Source: an uncultured Halobacteriales archaeon (lineage in GTDB: Archaea > Halobacteriota > Halobacteria > Halobacteriales > CAZPIG01). From it: a DNA stretch of 48,779 nt. The DNA is taken from positions 10,658 through 59,436 of the forward strand of contig CAZPIG010000002.1 in NCBI GenBank assembly GCA_964586205.1. Direction: 5' to 3'. The translations under genes were made by a program, and so were the position numbers. Below the pieces are notes generated by a model. It saw only the letters and a program-made list of their open reading frames with translations, ran no database searches and was not told the origin of the DNA. Shown here piece after piece: positions 27,405-36,259 of this stretch. The stretch's first letter is position 1. Each line of letters starts with the position of its first letter.

Positions 27405-28967
27405 CTACCGCCCGTCGTACACCACCTCGCCGTCCACCACCGTCAGCGCCACGTCGATGTCCTCGATGGCCCCGGAGTGCTCCCACGGCGACCGCTCTAA
27501 GGCCACCAGGTCGGCCTTCTTGCCCGCCTCGACCGTCCCGAGGCGGTCCTCGTCGAAGCCCGCGTAGGCCGCGCCGCGGGTGTACGCCCGCAACGCCTCC
27601 GTGACCGACAGCCGCTGGGACGGCTCGGGGGCGTTCACGGTCTGGTGGACGCCGAACAGCGGGTCGAGCGGCATGCAGTCGCTGCCGAACGCGAGGTGGA
27701 CGTCGGCCTCCAGGAGGTCGCGGAACCGATTGGTCCGCGCGCGGCGCTCGTCGCCCAGCCGCGCCGCGTAGAGGCCGCCCTCGCGGGCCCACTTCAGGAA
27801 GTTCGGCTGGACGGAGGCGACGACGCCGCTGTCGGCGAACTGCTCGACGTGGCCCGCGTCGAGTAGCTCGGCGTGCTCGACCCGGTGGCGGGCCGCGCCG
27901 GGGTCGTCCGTCCCCTCGACGAACGCGTCCAGCGTCTCCCCGACGGCCGCGTCGCCGATGGCGTGGACGGTGAGCTGGAAGCCCTCGCCGTCGGCGCGCT
28001 CGACGAGGTCGCGTAGCTCGTCGGGGGCCACCACCCACTGGCCGGTGCGGTGGTCAGAACCTTCGTCGGCATCCGCGTAGGGCTCGGTCAGCTTCGCCGT
28101 CCGACCGCCGAACGAGCCGTCGGTGAAGCTCTTGATGGCTCCCACCCGGACGAACTCGCTGCCGTGGTTCGTGGTCAGTCCCGTCTCGACCAGCGCGTCC
28201 ACGTGGTCGCTCCAGTAGTTCAGCCGGACGCGGAGGTCCAGCGCGCCCTCGCGGTCCAACTCGCGGTAGACGCGTGGTTTGTGCGACCGCCGGACCATGT
28301 CGTGGACGCCCGTGACGCCCAGCGCGTGGGCGCGGTCGCGCGCCGCGGTCAGGAGGTCGCGGGTCGCCGCGCGGTCGGGCGCGACCGCCGCGCGGACGAC
28401 GCCGACGGCGTCCTCCACGACGACGCCGGTCGGCTCGCCGCCCTCGCGGCGGACGTTCTCCGACGCCATCTCGCCGACCAGCCGGTCGAGTGCGACCGAG
28501 TTCAGGCTCGCGAGGTGGCCGTCCTCGCGGACGGCGGCGACGGGGCGGTCCTCGCTGACCGCGTCCAGGTCGTCGCTGGTGAGGTACCGCTGCTCGCCGC
28601 TCCAAGTGCTCTCGTCGTAGCCGTAGCCCAGTATCCAGTCGTCGGTCGAGGAGTCGTCGCTGTTTGTTGATTCTGCTAGCAACTCCACGCAGTCCTCGAC
28701 CCCGTCGGCGGGCCGGAGGTCGGCGTACACCTCGTACCGCCCGACGGCCTCCATGTGGGTGTGGGCGTCGGTGAAGCCCGGCAGGAGGACGCGACCATCG
28801 AGGTCGACGACGTCCGTCTCGACGCCTTCGAGGAACGCTATCTCGTATGCACTGTCCACGCTGACTATCTCGCCGTCGCGGACGGCGACGGCCTCGTGGG
28901 TCTCGTCCGGGTCGGCGAGGGTGTGTACCTCGGCGTTCGTGAAGATGCGGTCCGCGGCTTCGGTCAT
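27405..28967 (-). CDS. Amidohydrolase-family metal-dependent hydrolase (YtcJ-like)
   Basis: LLPGFTDAHTHME (HxH), HAIGD, EHAELL, FGSDCMP. Start MTEAADRIFTNAEVHT at 28967. Confidence 0.85.
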   Translation of the reverse strand: MTEAADRIFTNAEVHTLADPDETHEAVAVRDGEIVSVDSAYEIAFLEGVETDVVDLDGRVLLPGFTDAHTHMEAVGRYEVYADLRPADGVEDCVELLAESTNSDDSSTDDWILGYGYDESTWSGEQRYLTSDDLDAVSEDRPVAAVREDGHLASLNSVALDRLVGEMASENVRREGGEPTGVVVEDAVGVVRAAVAPDRAATRDLLTAARDRAHALGVTGVHDMVRRSHKPRVYRELDREGALDLRVRLNYWSDHVDALVETGLTTNHGSEFVRVGAIKSFTDGSFGGRTAKLTEPYADADEGSDHRTGQWVVAPDELRDLVERADGEGFQLTVHAIGDAAVGETLDAFVEGTDDPGAARHRVEHAELLDAGHVEQFADSGVVASVQPNFLKWAREGGLYAARLGDERRARTNRFRDLLEADVHLAFGSDCMPLDPLFGVHQTVNAPEPSQRLSVTEALRAYTRGAAYAGFDEDRLGTVEAGKKADLVALERSPWEHSGAIEDIDVALTVVDGEVVYDGR

Positions 28968-29335
28968 GGTTCGACGGGCGTGGGCAGCGAGGAAAACGGT
29001 TTGGGAAGGAATCATTTTAAAGTTTGTAGAGCATGAGCCTTATCTTCTAAATGGATTGCGAAAGGTAGTGAAATATGAAGGTGTGACGAGAAGTGACGCC
29101 TGACCAGTGGATTGCCGGCTAGATTTCCTAGAATAATTGTAACGTAAAGGGGTAAAAACGTTTCCCTGCGTCAAAATTCTCGTTTAAACATAGCTAAAAC
29201 ACGAATGTTCTTGGGAATTGGTGATATTTTGGCATTCCTAGGGTCCAGCTTGGTCCTACTGCGGGTTTCTCGAAAACTAGCAAAGGGAAACTGGTTCCAA
29301 TAAACTTATAAGCGATGGGGGGTAAAACTCCGATT

Positions 29336-29653
29336 GGCTACGACGCGGTGGGAAGCGCTTTTCTCACCGCACTTATAATATTACGGAGAGCCATCCTTTT
29401 AAGTCACGACTCTAGTTTAAGTAGGGTCATCGTCCTCTCGACCACTTTCACTCCGGTATCACTACATTAAAGGCCATTGAATTGGGGTGAGGTGAATCAA
29501 ATGTTCGAACTCGTAAAACGGGCGTTAATGATGTCCTACTCTGTTACAAACCCATTCCAGTGATTCTAATCCGGGCGGATAGAATCGAAAGGCTTTATTA
29601 CCTTTCGGCCGAACGACCTGCTGGGAGCGAGATTCTCCCACCGCGTCGTAGCC
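29336..29653. repeat. 18-bp perfect inverted repeat pair (ggctacgacgcggtggga 29336-29353 / tcccaccgcgtcgtagcc 29636-29653)
   Basis: Verified base by base; 282 bp separate the arms. The left arm also forms a local 10-bp hairpin (29345-29354 with 29361-29370, one G-U pair). Confidence 0.9.
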
Positions 29654-29885
29654 AGACGCCAACTGAGGCCGCGGAGGTTCCGCGGAACCAATATACGCCC
29701 TCGGGCGATGCTGGAGTTCACCCGGCATCGCGGGAGCAGGTCCTCCGTTGACCTGCATTTGCAAGGCAAGAACCCGCGATGTCGCCTGCCCAGCGACGAC
29801 TCTGAGGGTTGCCTTACCGGGGGCATCCGGCCTCGAAATATGACCGCGAGTAAACAAAGGACCACCCCCGCCAAGGGGGTATGAG
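29560..29885 (+). ncRNA. Candidate structured RNA or long structured 5' leader upstream of the ParB/Srx-like ORF (strand assumed from the downstream gene)
   Basis: There is no credible ORF here. Eight hairpins read by eye: 29562-68/29580-86; 29586-92/29601-07; nested 29607-09, 29613-17, 29623-27 with 29635-39, 29645-49, 29651-53; 29669-75/29679-85; 29705-14/29722-31; 29736-42/29750-56; 29763-69/29809-15 enclosing 29781-85/29793-97; and 29865-69/29875-79. Confidence 0.3.
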
Positions 29886-29888
29886 ACG

Positions 29889-30899
29889 ATGAGTTCGAAC
29901 AGCAACCAACCCCAGAATGGGTCTGGGGCACCAAGCCCGGGTCCGGATCCCACCGAGGAGATACCGGACACGATTCCGGCAATCGAGGAGCAACGGGTCC
30001 TGGTCGGCTTCATGGGTCCCGACGATGCTGTGGGGTGGCTCCAACAGTCCAAGCGGGTTCGGAACCCCATCGACCTCGCCGAGCGAGAGGAGATGGACGA
30101 AGCCGAAATCGAGCAGCACCAGGAAGCCATCCAGCAACAACTCCTCGACGAGTGGGAGGCTGCCCAGAAAGCCATCCCCGAGATCGAAGGAGTTGGGGCC
30201 GGCAGCTTCGGAGTGGAGGAACTCCCAAACGACCCGGCCGTTCAGAGCCACCTCGACGAGTACGCGGGGAAAGACGGCTTCCAGGAGGCGATGAGCGATG
30301 TCCCCGACATCGAGTGGAAGTTCAAGCGGGTCCCCATCGCGGCCCTCGTGGCGTTCCAGCCACAGGTCACTACGACCGCGTACGAGGACATTTCCACCTG
30401 GAGCGAGGACCCGGCGGCAGTCCTGGAGTACTGCTTCCCGACCGAACAGTCGACCCTCCAGATGACCGGGGTTAACGCTGACGATGACGGCAACCGCGCG
30501 CAAGCCTTCATCGTCAGCCGGTCGCCGAACTTCCAACTCGGTGGCGTCGGTATCGACTCCGGTGGGCCAACATCGGACATCCAGGTCCAGGTGAAACCGA
30601 AGCCGAACTTCCTTCAGGTGGTTCGCTTCCAAGACCGGTACATCCTGAAGAACGGCTATCACCGGACCTACCAGCTGATGCAGGCCGGCGAGGAGTTCGT
30701 CCCAGCAGTTGTCCACGAGGTGGACGACTACCAACTCACTGGGGCAGCCAAAGAGGGCGCCTTCCCGCCGGAAGTGGTGCTGGGCGACCGGCCCCCGATG
30801 ATGCCGGACTTCAACTCCGGCGCGGCCGTCACTCTGGAGACGCCAGCGACCAACACGGTCATTGAAGTGGTGGCGGACAAGAAGCAGATTCCCCGATAG
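29889..30899 (+). CDS. Orphan protein (336 aa) with a possible ParB/Srx-fold C-terminal region
   Basis: Clean ORF with intermediate GC. WKFKRVPIAALVAFQPQV and later PNFLQVVRFQDRYILKNGYHRTYQLMQAGEEFVPAVVHEV resemble the ParB/sulfiredoxin (DGQHR/GxxR-type) core. The N-terminus is disordered and is followed by an acidic coiled segment. Confidence 0.7.
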   Translation: MSSNSNQPQNGSGAPSPGPDPTEEIPDTIPAIEEQRVLVGFMGPDDAVGWLQQSKRVRNPIDLAEREEMDEAEIEQHQEAIQQQLLDEWEAAQKAIPEIEGVGAGSFGVEELPNDPAVQSHLDEYAGKDGFQEAMSDVPDIEWKFKRVPIAALVAFQPQVTTTAYEDISTWSEDPAAVLEYCFPTEQSTLQMTGVNADDDGNRAQAFIVSRSPNFQLGGVGIDSGGPTSDIQVQVKPKPNFLQVVRFQDRYILKNGYHRTYQLMQAGEEFVPAVVHEVDDYQLTGAAKEGAFPPEVVLGDRPPMMPDFNSGAAVTLETPATNTVIEVVADKKQIPR

Positions 30900-31023
30900 G
30901 GACCCTATTCGGGGATTTTTCGACTCGGAAAGCACTAGCTATTATTCGGACGTGGAGGGGGCTGTCGCTGGCTGGACTGCGCGTTGGCTCGCCACGATAG
31001 TCCTCGATAGCGAAGAGGCTGCC

Positions 31024-34000
31024 TCACGCCACCTCGGCAGCGACCTCCAGGCGCTCGACCATCCGCTCGGCGAGGTCGACCAGCTCGGAGCGCGTCACGT
31101 CGTTCAGCGCCGCGCCGTCGGTCGCCCGCAGCTCCGCGCCCGCGAACTCCGCGACCGCCCGCATCGCGTCTGCGGCCGTGCGGTACTCGCCGTCGGCCAT
31201 CAGCCCGGCGACGCGGTCGAGGCGCTCCCCGAATTCACGGCGGAGCGCCTCGCCAGCTCCCTCGTCCGCGCCATCCTCCGGGACCGCCCGCTCGTCCAGC
31301 CGCCCGACGGCGTCCCGGACGCTGGCGACGATGGGGTTCAGCTCGCTCTCCACGCCACCGACCGCGGTCCGGACCGAAACCACCGGCTGTGCGAAGGGGG
31401 CGACCACGTCCACGACGCCCGCGACGTCCGGCCCATCGCTCGCCTCGACGGTGGTGTCCACCCGCTCGCTGTGGCGGACCTCGCCGGCGGGGTCGAGGAA
31501 CGCGACGGTGGCGAGGTCGCCGCGCTCCCCATTCTCGCCGTCGCCCTCGTCTCCTTCACCGGCCTCCTCCGTCGTGGGGTAGCCCAGGTAGGCCGACACG
31601 GAGTCGAAGCTGACCCGGCCCTCCTCGTCCACCCGCCCCAGCGCCGACAGCACGTCCAGCGGGCCGCCGGACGTGCCGGGCGAGAAGCCGCCCTCGATGA
31701 CGTGCTGCTGGAGCCGCGAGTCGGTCCACGTATCGTCGTCGTCACCGGAGTAGCTCATGTAGCTGTCCTGGTCGTCGTGGCTCCACGGCGTCGCGATGGT
31801 GTCCACGTCGAAGTCGCCCGACCCGTCGAAGCCCCAGCCGTTCACCAGCGTGAACGTCCCGTCGGTGAGGTCGTAGCCCTTCGAGACGACGCCCGCGGCG
31901 TCGAAGTAACCGACGGTGTTGGTGTTGTTGGAGCTCGTGTGGCGCGCGTGGTCGTAATCGATGCCGGCAGGGCTGCCGGAGACCTCCGTCCCGTCGTCGT
32001 CGCGCTGGGCCATGGGGTGGTTCCAGCTCCCGGAGGTCGGTCCCTGGTAGGCGTCGTCCACGAGGTGGTGGCCTATCTCGTGGGCGGTCGTCCCCGCGAC
32101 CTCGACGAACGTGACGCCCGGGTCGCCGGCTTCGAGGACGGCCATGGCCTGGTTCTTCGTGTACTGCCGGCCGCGCAGACGCTGGTTCCCGGTGTGGTAG
32201 TTGAAGTAGTGCGTCGCCCCGGAATTGCTCGTGTCGTTGCCCGGCACGATGCAGACGACGGCGTCGAAGCCGTTGGACCGGAGGTCCCGGAACGCCGCCC
32301 GGTCGCTCGACTCGCTGTGCTCGACGACGTCCGCGGCACCGTTGGCGACCGTCTTGTGGCCGAGCAGCTGGTCCATCGCGTCCTTCGTGGCCTTCATGTC
32401 CCAGAACACCTGGTCGTTGTTGGTGGTCCGCGACCGCCCGGTGACGATCTCGCTGGCCCGGTAGGCCGTGACGTCCTTCCCCGGCAGGACCCGCTTCACG
32501 TACTGGACGGCCCGGTCCACGGTGGCCCGGAACTGCATCGGCTGACCGTTCGAGTCGCCGTACCGGCTCCCGTCGGCACGGTCCCACAGCTGGACGAACC
32601 CCACTCGGAACGTGGGGACGGTCGAGACGTCGAAGTCCCGGCCCTCCTCGAGGATGGCGACCTCGCCGGTCGAGCCGACGTTCCACCCGGCGCTGAGTTC
32701 GACCTTCTGTAAGCTGTCGTCCACTTCGAACACCGTCGGGTCGTTGCCCGTCCCGGAGTCGTGGGCGTTGTTGTGGAGGATGCCCAGCATCGGGACGCCG
32801 GCGTCGATGGCCTTCGCGTCCGCCTTCGATATCGTGTACGTGTCGGTGTGGCGACCGCTGCCGTCCGTCCACGTTATCTCGACGGTCGTCTGACTCGGGA
32901 ACAGGTCGACGTGGTCGACGGTGGCGTCGAAGGCGACCGTGGCGTAGTCGCCGGCCACGATGGCCGGGTCGTCGACGGTGTAGGTGCTGGACCCGCCGAC
33001 GACGCGGGTCTTCTCGACGGTCTGGACGAGCCTGACGTCCGAGAGCTGGATGTCCGGCTGGGGCCCGGTCGAGCCGCCGCCGGGGATTATCTCCATACAC
33101 TCGTCTAGCTCGGGGACGCCACCGTTGCGCGGGCAGACCGTCACCGTCTCGAGAGCCCCGACGAGGCGCTCGTGGAGGCGGTCGAGGTCGCGCTCGGTGA
33201 GCGTGCAGTCGGGGTTCAGACAGCCGAGGCGCTCCTGGATGGACTCGGTGACGGTGGGGCGCTCCTCGACGCCGCCCACGACGACGGTGTCGGAACCCCG
33301 GCCGGCCAACAGGCCGCCGGTGTCGGTCCCGTCCTCGGCCCGCTCGGATTCGTTCGCTGCGTCCGCGTCGATGCCTTCGGCCCCTTCGCGCGTCCCGCGC
33401 GCGAGGTGCAAGAGGACCTGCGAGCCGCCCTCGCCCTCGCCGTCGGCCCCGCTCGCACCCGCGGTGCGGCCGTAGTAGCTGACCACCTCGACCTCCGAGC
33501 CGAACAGCGTGGCGGTCGTCTCGCCCACCCGCTCGGGCGCGCGGTCCCACTCGGGGACGTCCCCGACGACGTCGGCCTGCCGGAGCAGCCGCCGGCCCGT
33601 CTCGCCGGCGACGAGGTCGTCGAGCGGCCTCGTCGCGAGCGGATTGCGGGCCGCGCCGGCGATGTTCGCCGACGGCGTCGCGAGCACGCCGACCGACAGC
33701 GTCCCGGGGACGTCCTCCTCGTAGGTGGCCGGGAGGTCGCCGCCGAGGTCCACGTCGGACCGGTAGGTCACGAGGTGGCTGGTCGTCGAGAACTCGGTCT
33801 GCGCGCCGCCGACGCCGACGGTGCGCGAGCGCTCGATGCGCTCGTGGCTGGCCGTCGAGAGTCCGAGCCGGTTCGTGCCGGCCTCTCCGAGGCCGGCGGG
33901 CAGGGCCGCGAACTCGCGGTTCGTCACCTCCTGGCAGCCCGCGAGGCCGGTCGCCACCGCTCCCGCGCCGAGGTGGGCCAGAAAGCGCCTGCGATTCCAC

Positions 34001-34029
34001 GCGCCGTCAGCGTCGTCGCGTCCTGTCAT
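31024..34029 (-). CDS. Large Tat-lipoprotein with HExxH zinc-metalloprotease motif (about 1001 aa)
   Basis: Start MTGRDDADGAWNRRRFLAHLGAGAVATGLAGC at 34029 (RR motif plus lipobox). VEVAGTTAHEIGHHLVDDAYQG lies in the C-terminal half. Confidence 0.8.
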   Translation of the reverse strand: MTGRDDADGAWNRRRFLAHLGAGAVATGLAGCQEVTNREFAALPAGLGEAGTNRLGLSTASHERIERSRTVGVGGAQTEFSTTSHLVTYRSDVDLGGDLPATYEEDVPGTLSVGVLATPSANIAGAARNPLATRPLDDLVAGETGRRLLRQADVVGDVPEWDRAPERVGETTATLFGSEVEVVSYYGRTAGASGADGEGEGGSQVLLHLARGTREGAEGIDADAANESERAEDGTDTGGLLAGRGSDTVVVGGVEERPTVTESIQERLGCLNPDCTLTERDLDRLHERLVGALETVTVCPRNGGVPELDECMEIIPGGGSTGPQPDIQLSDVRLVQTVEKTRVVGGSSTYTVDDPAIVAGDYATVAFDATVDHVDLFPSQTTVEITWTDGSGRHTDTYTISKADAKAIDAGVPMLGILHNNAHDSGTGNDPTVFEVDDSLQKVELSAGWNVGSTGEVAILEEGRDFDVSTVPTFRVGFVQLWDRADGSRYGDSNGQPMQFRATVDRAVQYVKRVLPGKDVTAYRASEIVTGRSRTTNNDQVFWDMKATKDAMDQLLGHKTVANGAADVVEHSESSDRAAFRDLRSNGFDAVVCIVPGNDTSNSGATHYFNYHTGNQRLRGRQYTKNQAMAVLEAGDPGVTFVEVAGTTAHEIGHHLVDDAYQGPTSGSWNHPMAQRDDDGTEVSGSPAGIDYDHARHTSSNNTNTVGYFDAAGVVSKGYDLTDGTFTLVNGWGFDGSGDFDVDTIATPWSHDDQDSYMSYSGDDDDTWTDSRLQQHVIEGGFSPGTSGGPLDVLSALGRVDEEGRVSFDSVSAYLGYPTTEEAGEGDEGDGENGERGDLATVAFLDPAGEVRHSERVDTTVEASDGPDVAGVVDVVAPFAQPVVSVRTAVGGVESELNPIVASVRDAVGRLDERAVPEDGADEGAGEALRREFGERLDRVAGLMADGEYRTAADAMRAVAEFAGAELRATDGAALNDVTRSELVDLAERMVERLEVAAEVA

Positions 34030-34164
34030 CGGCCTTCTAACGACACGGTGTCTGACACCGTCTCCAATCAGTGGATACGCTAGGTAGTTAGACTCAGTCG
34101 GACTGGACATCCACTGGGGACCCTGACGGGGCCGTCGTGGGTCAGCCGGGACGCCAGCGTCCCT

Positions 34165-35700
34165 TCACCCGCCCTTCGACAGCCGCGCCCGCTCGAAGAA
34201 CAGGTCCACGCCCTCGTCGCCGAACTCGAAGCGGACCTCCCGCTCGAAGCCGCTGGCCATCGTCGTCGTGCAGACCAGCAGATCGTCGCCCACGGACTCC
34301 GGCGACAGCAGCAGCTCCTGGCCGCCCAGCCCGCTCTGCTGCTCTAAGCGCAGCATCCCGCCGACGCGCTCGACGGTCGCGCCGCCGATGCCGCGGTAGG
34401 AGCCGTACTCGCCGGTGGCGCGCTCCAGCGCCGCGACGAGGCGGTAGTGCGGCACGGCGTCCTCGGGGTCCGCGCCGGAGAGCAGCGCCAGCACCGCCGG
34501 CCCGACGGCCATCGGGTGGGCCTCGGGGCTCGTCGTGCACGCGACGGCCACGCCGAGGCCGCTCTCTTCGAGGTAGCCGAACCACGCGTTCGAGACGGCG
34601 ATGGAGCCGCCGTGGCCGACCAGCCGGTCCCCGAGGAACGCCTCGACCATCAGCCCGTAGCCGTAGCCCACCTCGGTGCCGTCGAGGTAGGTCCCGAAGG
34701 CCCCGTCGGGCGTCGTCATCTGGGCGACGCGCTCGGCGGGGAGGACGCGCGTGCCGTCGCCGCCCGCTCCGTCGTCGCTACCACCGGCGGCTCCGCCATC
34801 GCTGCTGCCGTCACCGTTACCGTCGCTCGCTCCCCCGTCCCCGCCGCCGCTTCCGCCGTCACTGCCCCCGACAACCCCGCCGCCGGCCAGCGTCCGGACC
34901 CACGTGGCCATCTCGGAGACGGGGGCCACGAGCCCGCCCGGCGCGTGAATCAAGGGGTCGAACGGGAACCCCGACGGCGTGGACTCGTCGTCGTCCTTGA
35001 CGTACGGCGTGATGCGGTCCTCGCACGCCTCGAACTCCGCCTTCGAGAACGTCGCCCGCTCCATCCCGAGCGGGTCCAGTAGTTCGGCCTCGACGTAGTC
35101 CGCGAAGGACTCGCCGGTCACCGCCTCGACGAGCAGCCCGAGCATGGTGTACCCGGAGTTGTAGTAGAAGAACGTCTCGCGGTCGGTGACCCGGCGGTCG
35201 AGCGAGCCCTCGACGTGCCGCCGGAAGTCGTCGGGGCTGGACATCGGCACCTCGATGTGCCCGAGTCCGAGCGGGCGCGTGATGAGCGGCCCGGCGGAGC
35301 CGTCCCCGGGCAGCCCGGAGGTGTGGGCGAGCAGCTCGTGGACGGTCACCGGCTCGCCCGGCGCGTCCTCGAGGTGCGGGAGGTAGTCGTTCACCGGGTC
35401 GTCGAGGGCGACCTCGCCCGCGGCCGCTAGCTGGAGGACGGCCGCGGCGGTGAACGACTTGGTGCACGAGCCGACGCCGAACAGCGTGTCGGGGGTGACG
35501 GGGGCGTTGTCCTCCAAGTCGCGCGCGCCGAAGCCCTCCGCGTAGGCGATGGGGTCGTCGGATTCGTCTCCGCCGGTGTCGTCCGCGTTCCCGCCGCTGC
35601 CGTCCACGATGGCCAGCGCCGCGCCGGGGATGCGGTGGTCGCTCAGCCAATCGGTGACGAAAGACTCGACTTCTCTTCGCGTTTGGTCGTCGAGTGTCAT
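34165..35700 (-). CDS. Beta-lactamase-family serine hydrolase
   Basis: Start MTLDDQTRREVESF at 35700. S-x-x-K (GSCTKSF), YYNSGY, VGHGGS. Contains a G/S/D-rich low-complexity insertion. Confidence 0.85.
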   Translation of the reverse strand: MTLDDQTRREVESFVTDWLSDHRIPGAALAIVDGSGGNADDTGGDESDDPIAYAEGFGARDLEDNAPVTPDTLFGVGSCTKSFTAAAVLQLAAAGEVALDDPVNDYLPHLEDAPGEPVTVHELLAHTSGLPGDGSAGPLITRPLGLGHIEVPMSSPDDFRRHVEGSLDRRVTDRETFFYYNSGYTMLGLLVEAVTGESFADYVEAELLDPLGMERATFSKAEFEACEDRITPYVKDDDESTPSGFPFDPLIHAPGGLVAPVSEMATWVRTLAGGGVVGGSDGGSGGGDGGASDGNGDGSSDGGAAGGSDDGAGGDGTRVLPAERVAQMTTPDGAFGTYLDGTEVGYGYGLMVEAFLGDRLVGHGGSIAVSNAWFGYLEESGLGVAVACTTSPEAHPMAVGPAVLALLSGADPEDAVPHYRLVAALERATGEYGSYRGIGGATVERVGGMLRLEQQSGLGGQELLLSPESVGDDLLVCTTTMASGFEREVRFEFGDEGVDLFFERARLSKGG

Positions 35701-35745
35701 GGGGGTAGGTGGACGGGTGGGGGCATAAAGTGGTAGACTCCCCCA

Positions 35746-36259
35746 CCACGAAGAGCAACCCTTACGCACGACGGGCCCAACCCCCCGCTCATGACCGACG
35801 ACACCGGGACCCCCGACGCAGTTCCCGACGGCGGCGCGGACCCCCAAGCCCTCGCCGACCGCGTCAGCGAGGGAGACCTCCGCCTGTACGAGCTAGAGGA
35901 CCACGCCGACGCCGAGACGGCGGCGACCGCCCGGCGACTGTTCGTCGAGCGCGAGACCGACACCGACCTCGGCGCGGTCGGGGAGTACGCCTTCTCCGCC
36001 GAGCGGGCGAACACGAACGTCGAGAACCTCGTCGGCGGCGCACAGCTACCGATGGGCGTTGCCGGCCCAGTCGCCGTCGCCGGCGAGTCCGCCGACGGGG
36101 AGTTCCACCTCCCCATCGCGACCACGGAGGGGGCGCTGGTGGCCTCGGTCAACCGCGGCTGCTCGGCCATCACCGCCGCGGGCGGGGCCAACGCCCGCGT
36201 CACGAAGCGCGGGATGACCCGCGCGCCGCTGTTCGCGGTGGCGGACGTCACCGAGGCCG
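35746..36259 (+). repeat. hmgA promoter and 5' end, duplicate copy A
   Basis: 35938-36259 matches 39463-39784 (constant offset of 3525) with one mismatch found (35973 c versus 39498 g). 35746-35937 is clearly homologous to copy B but diverged, and is 72 bp shorter. Confidence 0.95.

Noticed and set aside
29560-29885. Identification as RNase P RNA, SRP (7S) RNA or a group II intron remnant
   Set aside because: I could not find the universal P4 sequence (GGAAAGUCC), SRP helix-8-type motifs or a domain V consensus on either strand. It is therefore kept only as an unclassified structured-RNA candidate.
29525-30175. Minus-strand ORFs (216 aa and 138 aa) across the structured region and the 5' end of the ParB/Srx-like gene
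   Set aside because: The translations are Cys/Ser/Arg/Trp-rich nonsense with no start context, and they overlap a better plus-strand CDS.
30862-32712. 616-aa plus-strand ORF overlapping the large protease-like gene
   Set aside because: It is antisense to a CDS with a clear Tat-lipobox and HExxH motif. The translation is R/G/P/V-rich with no motifs, the typical shadow ORF of high-GC DNA.
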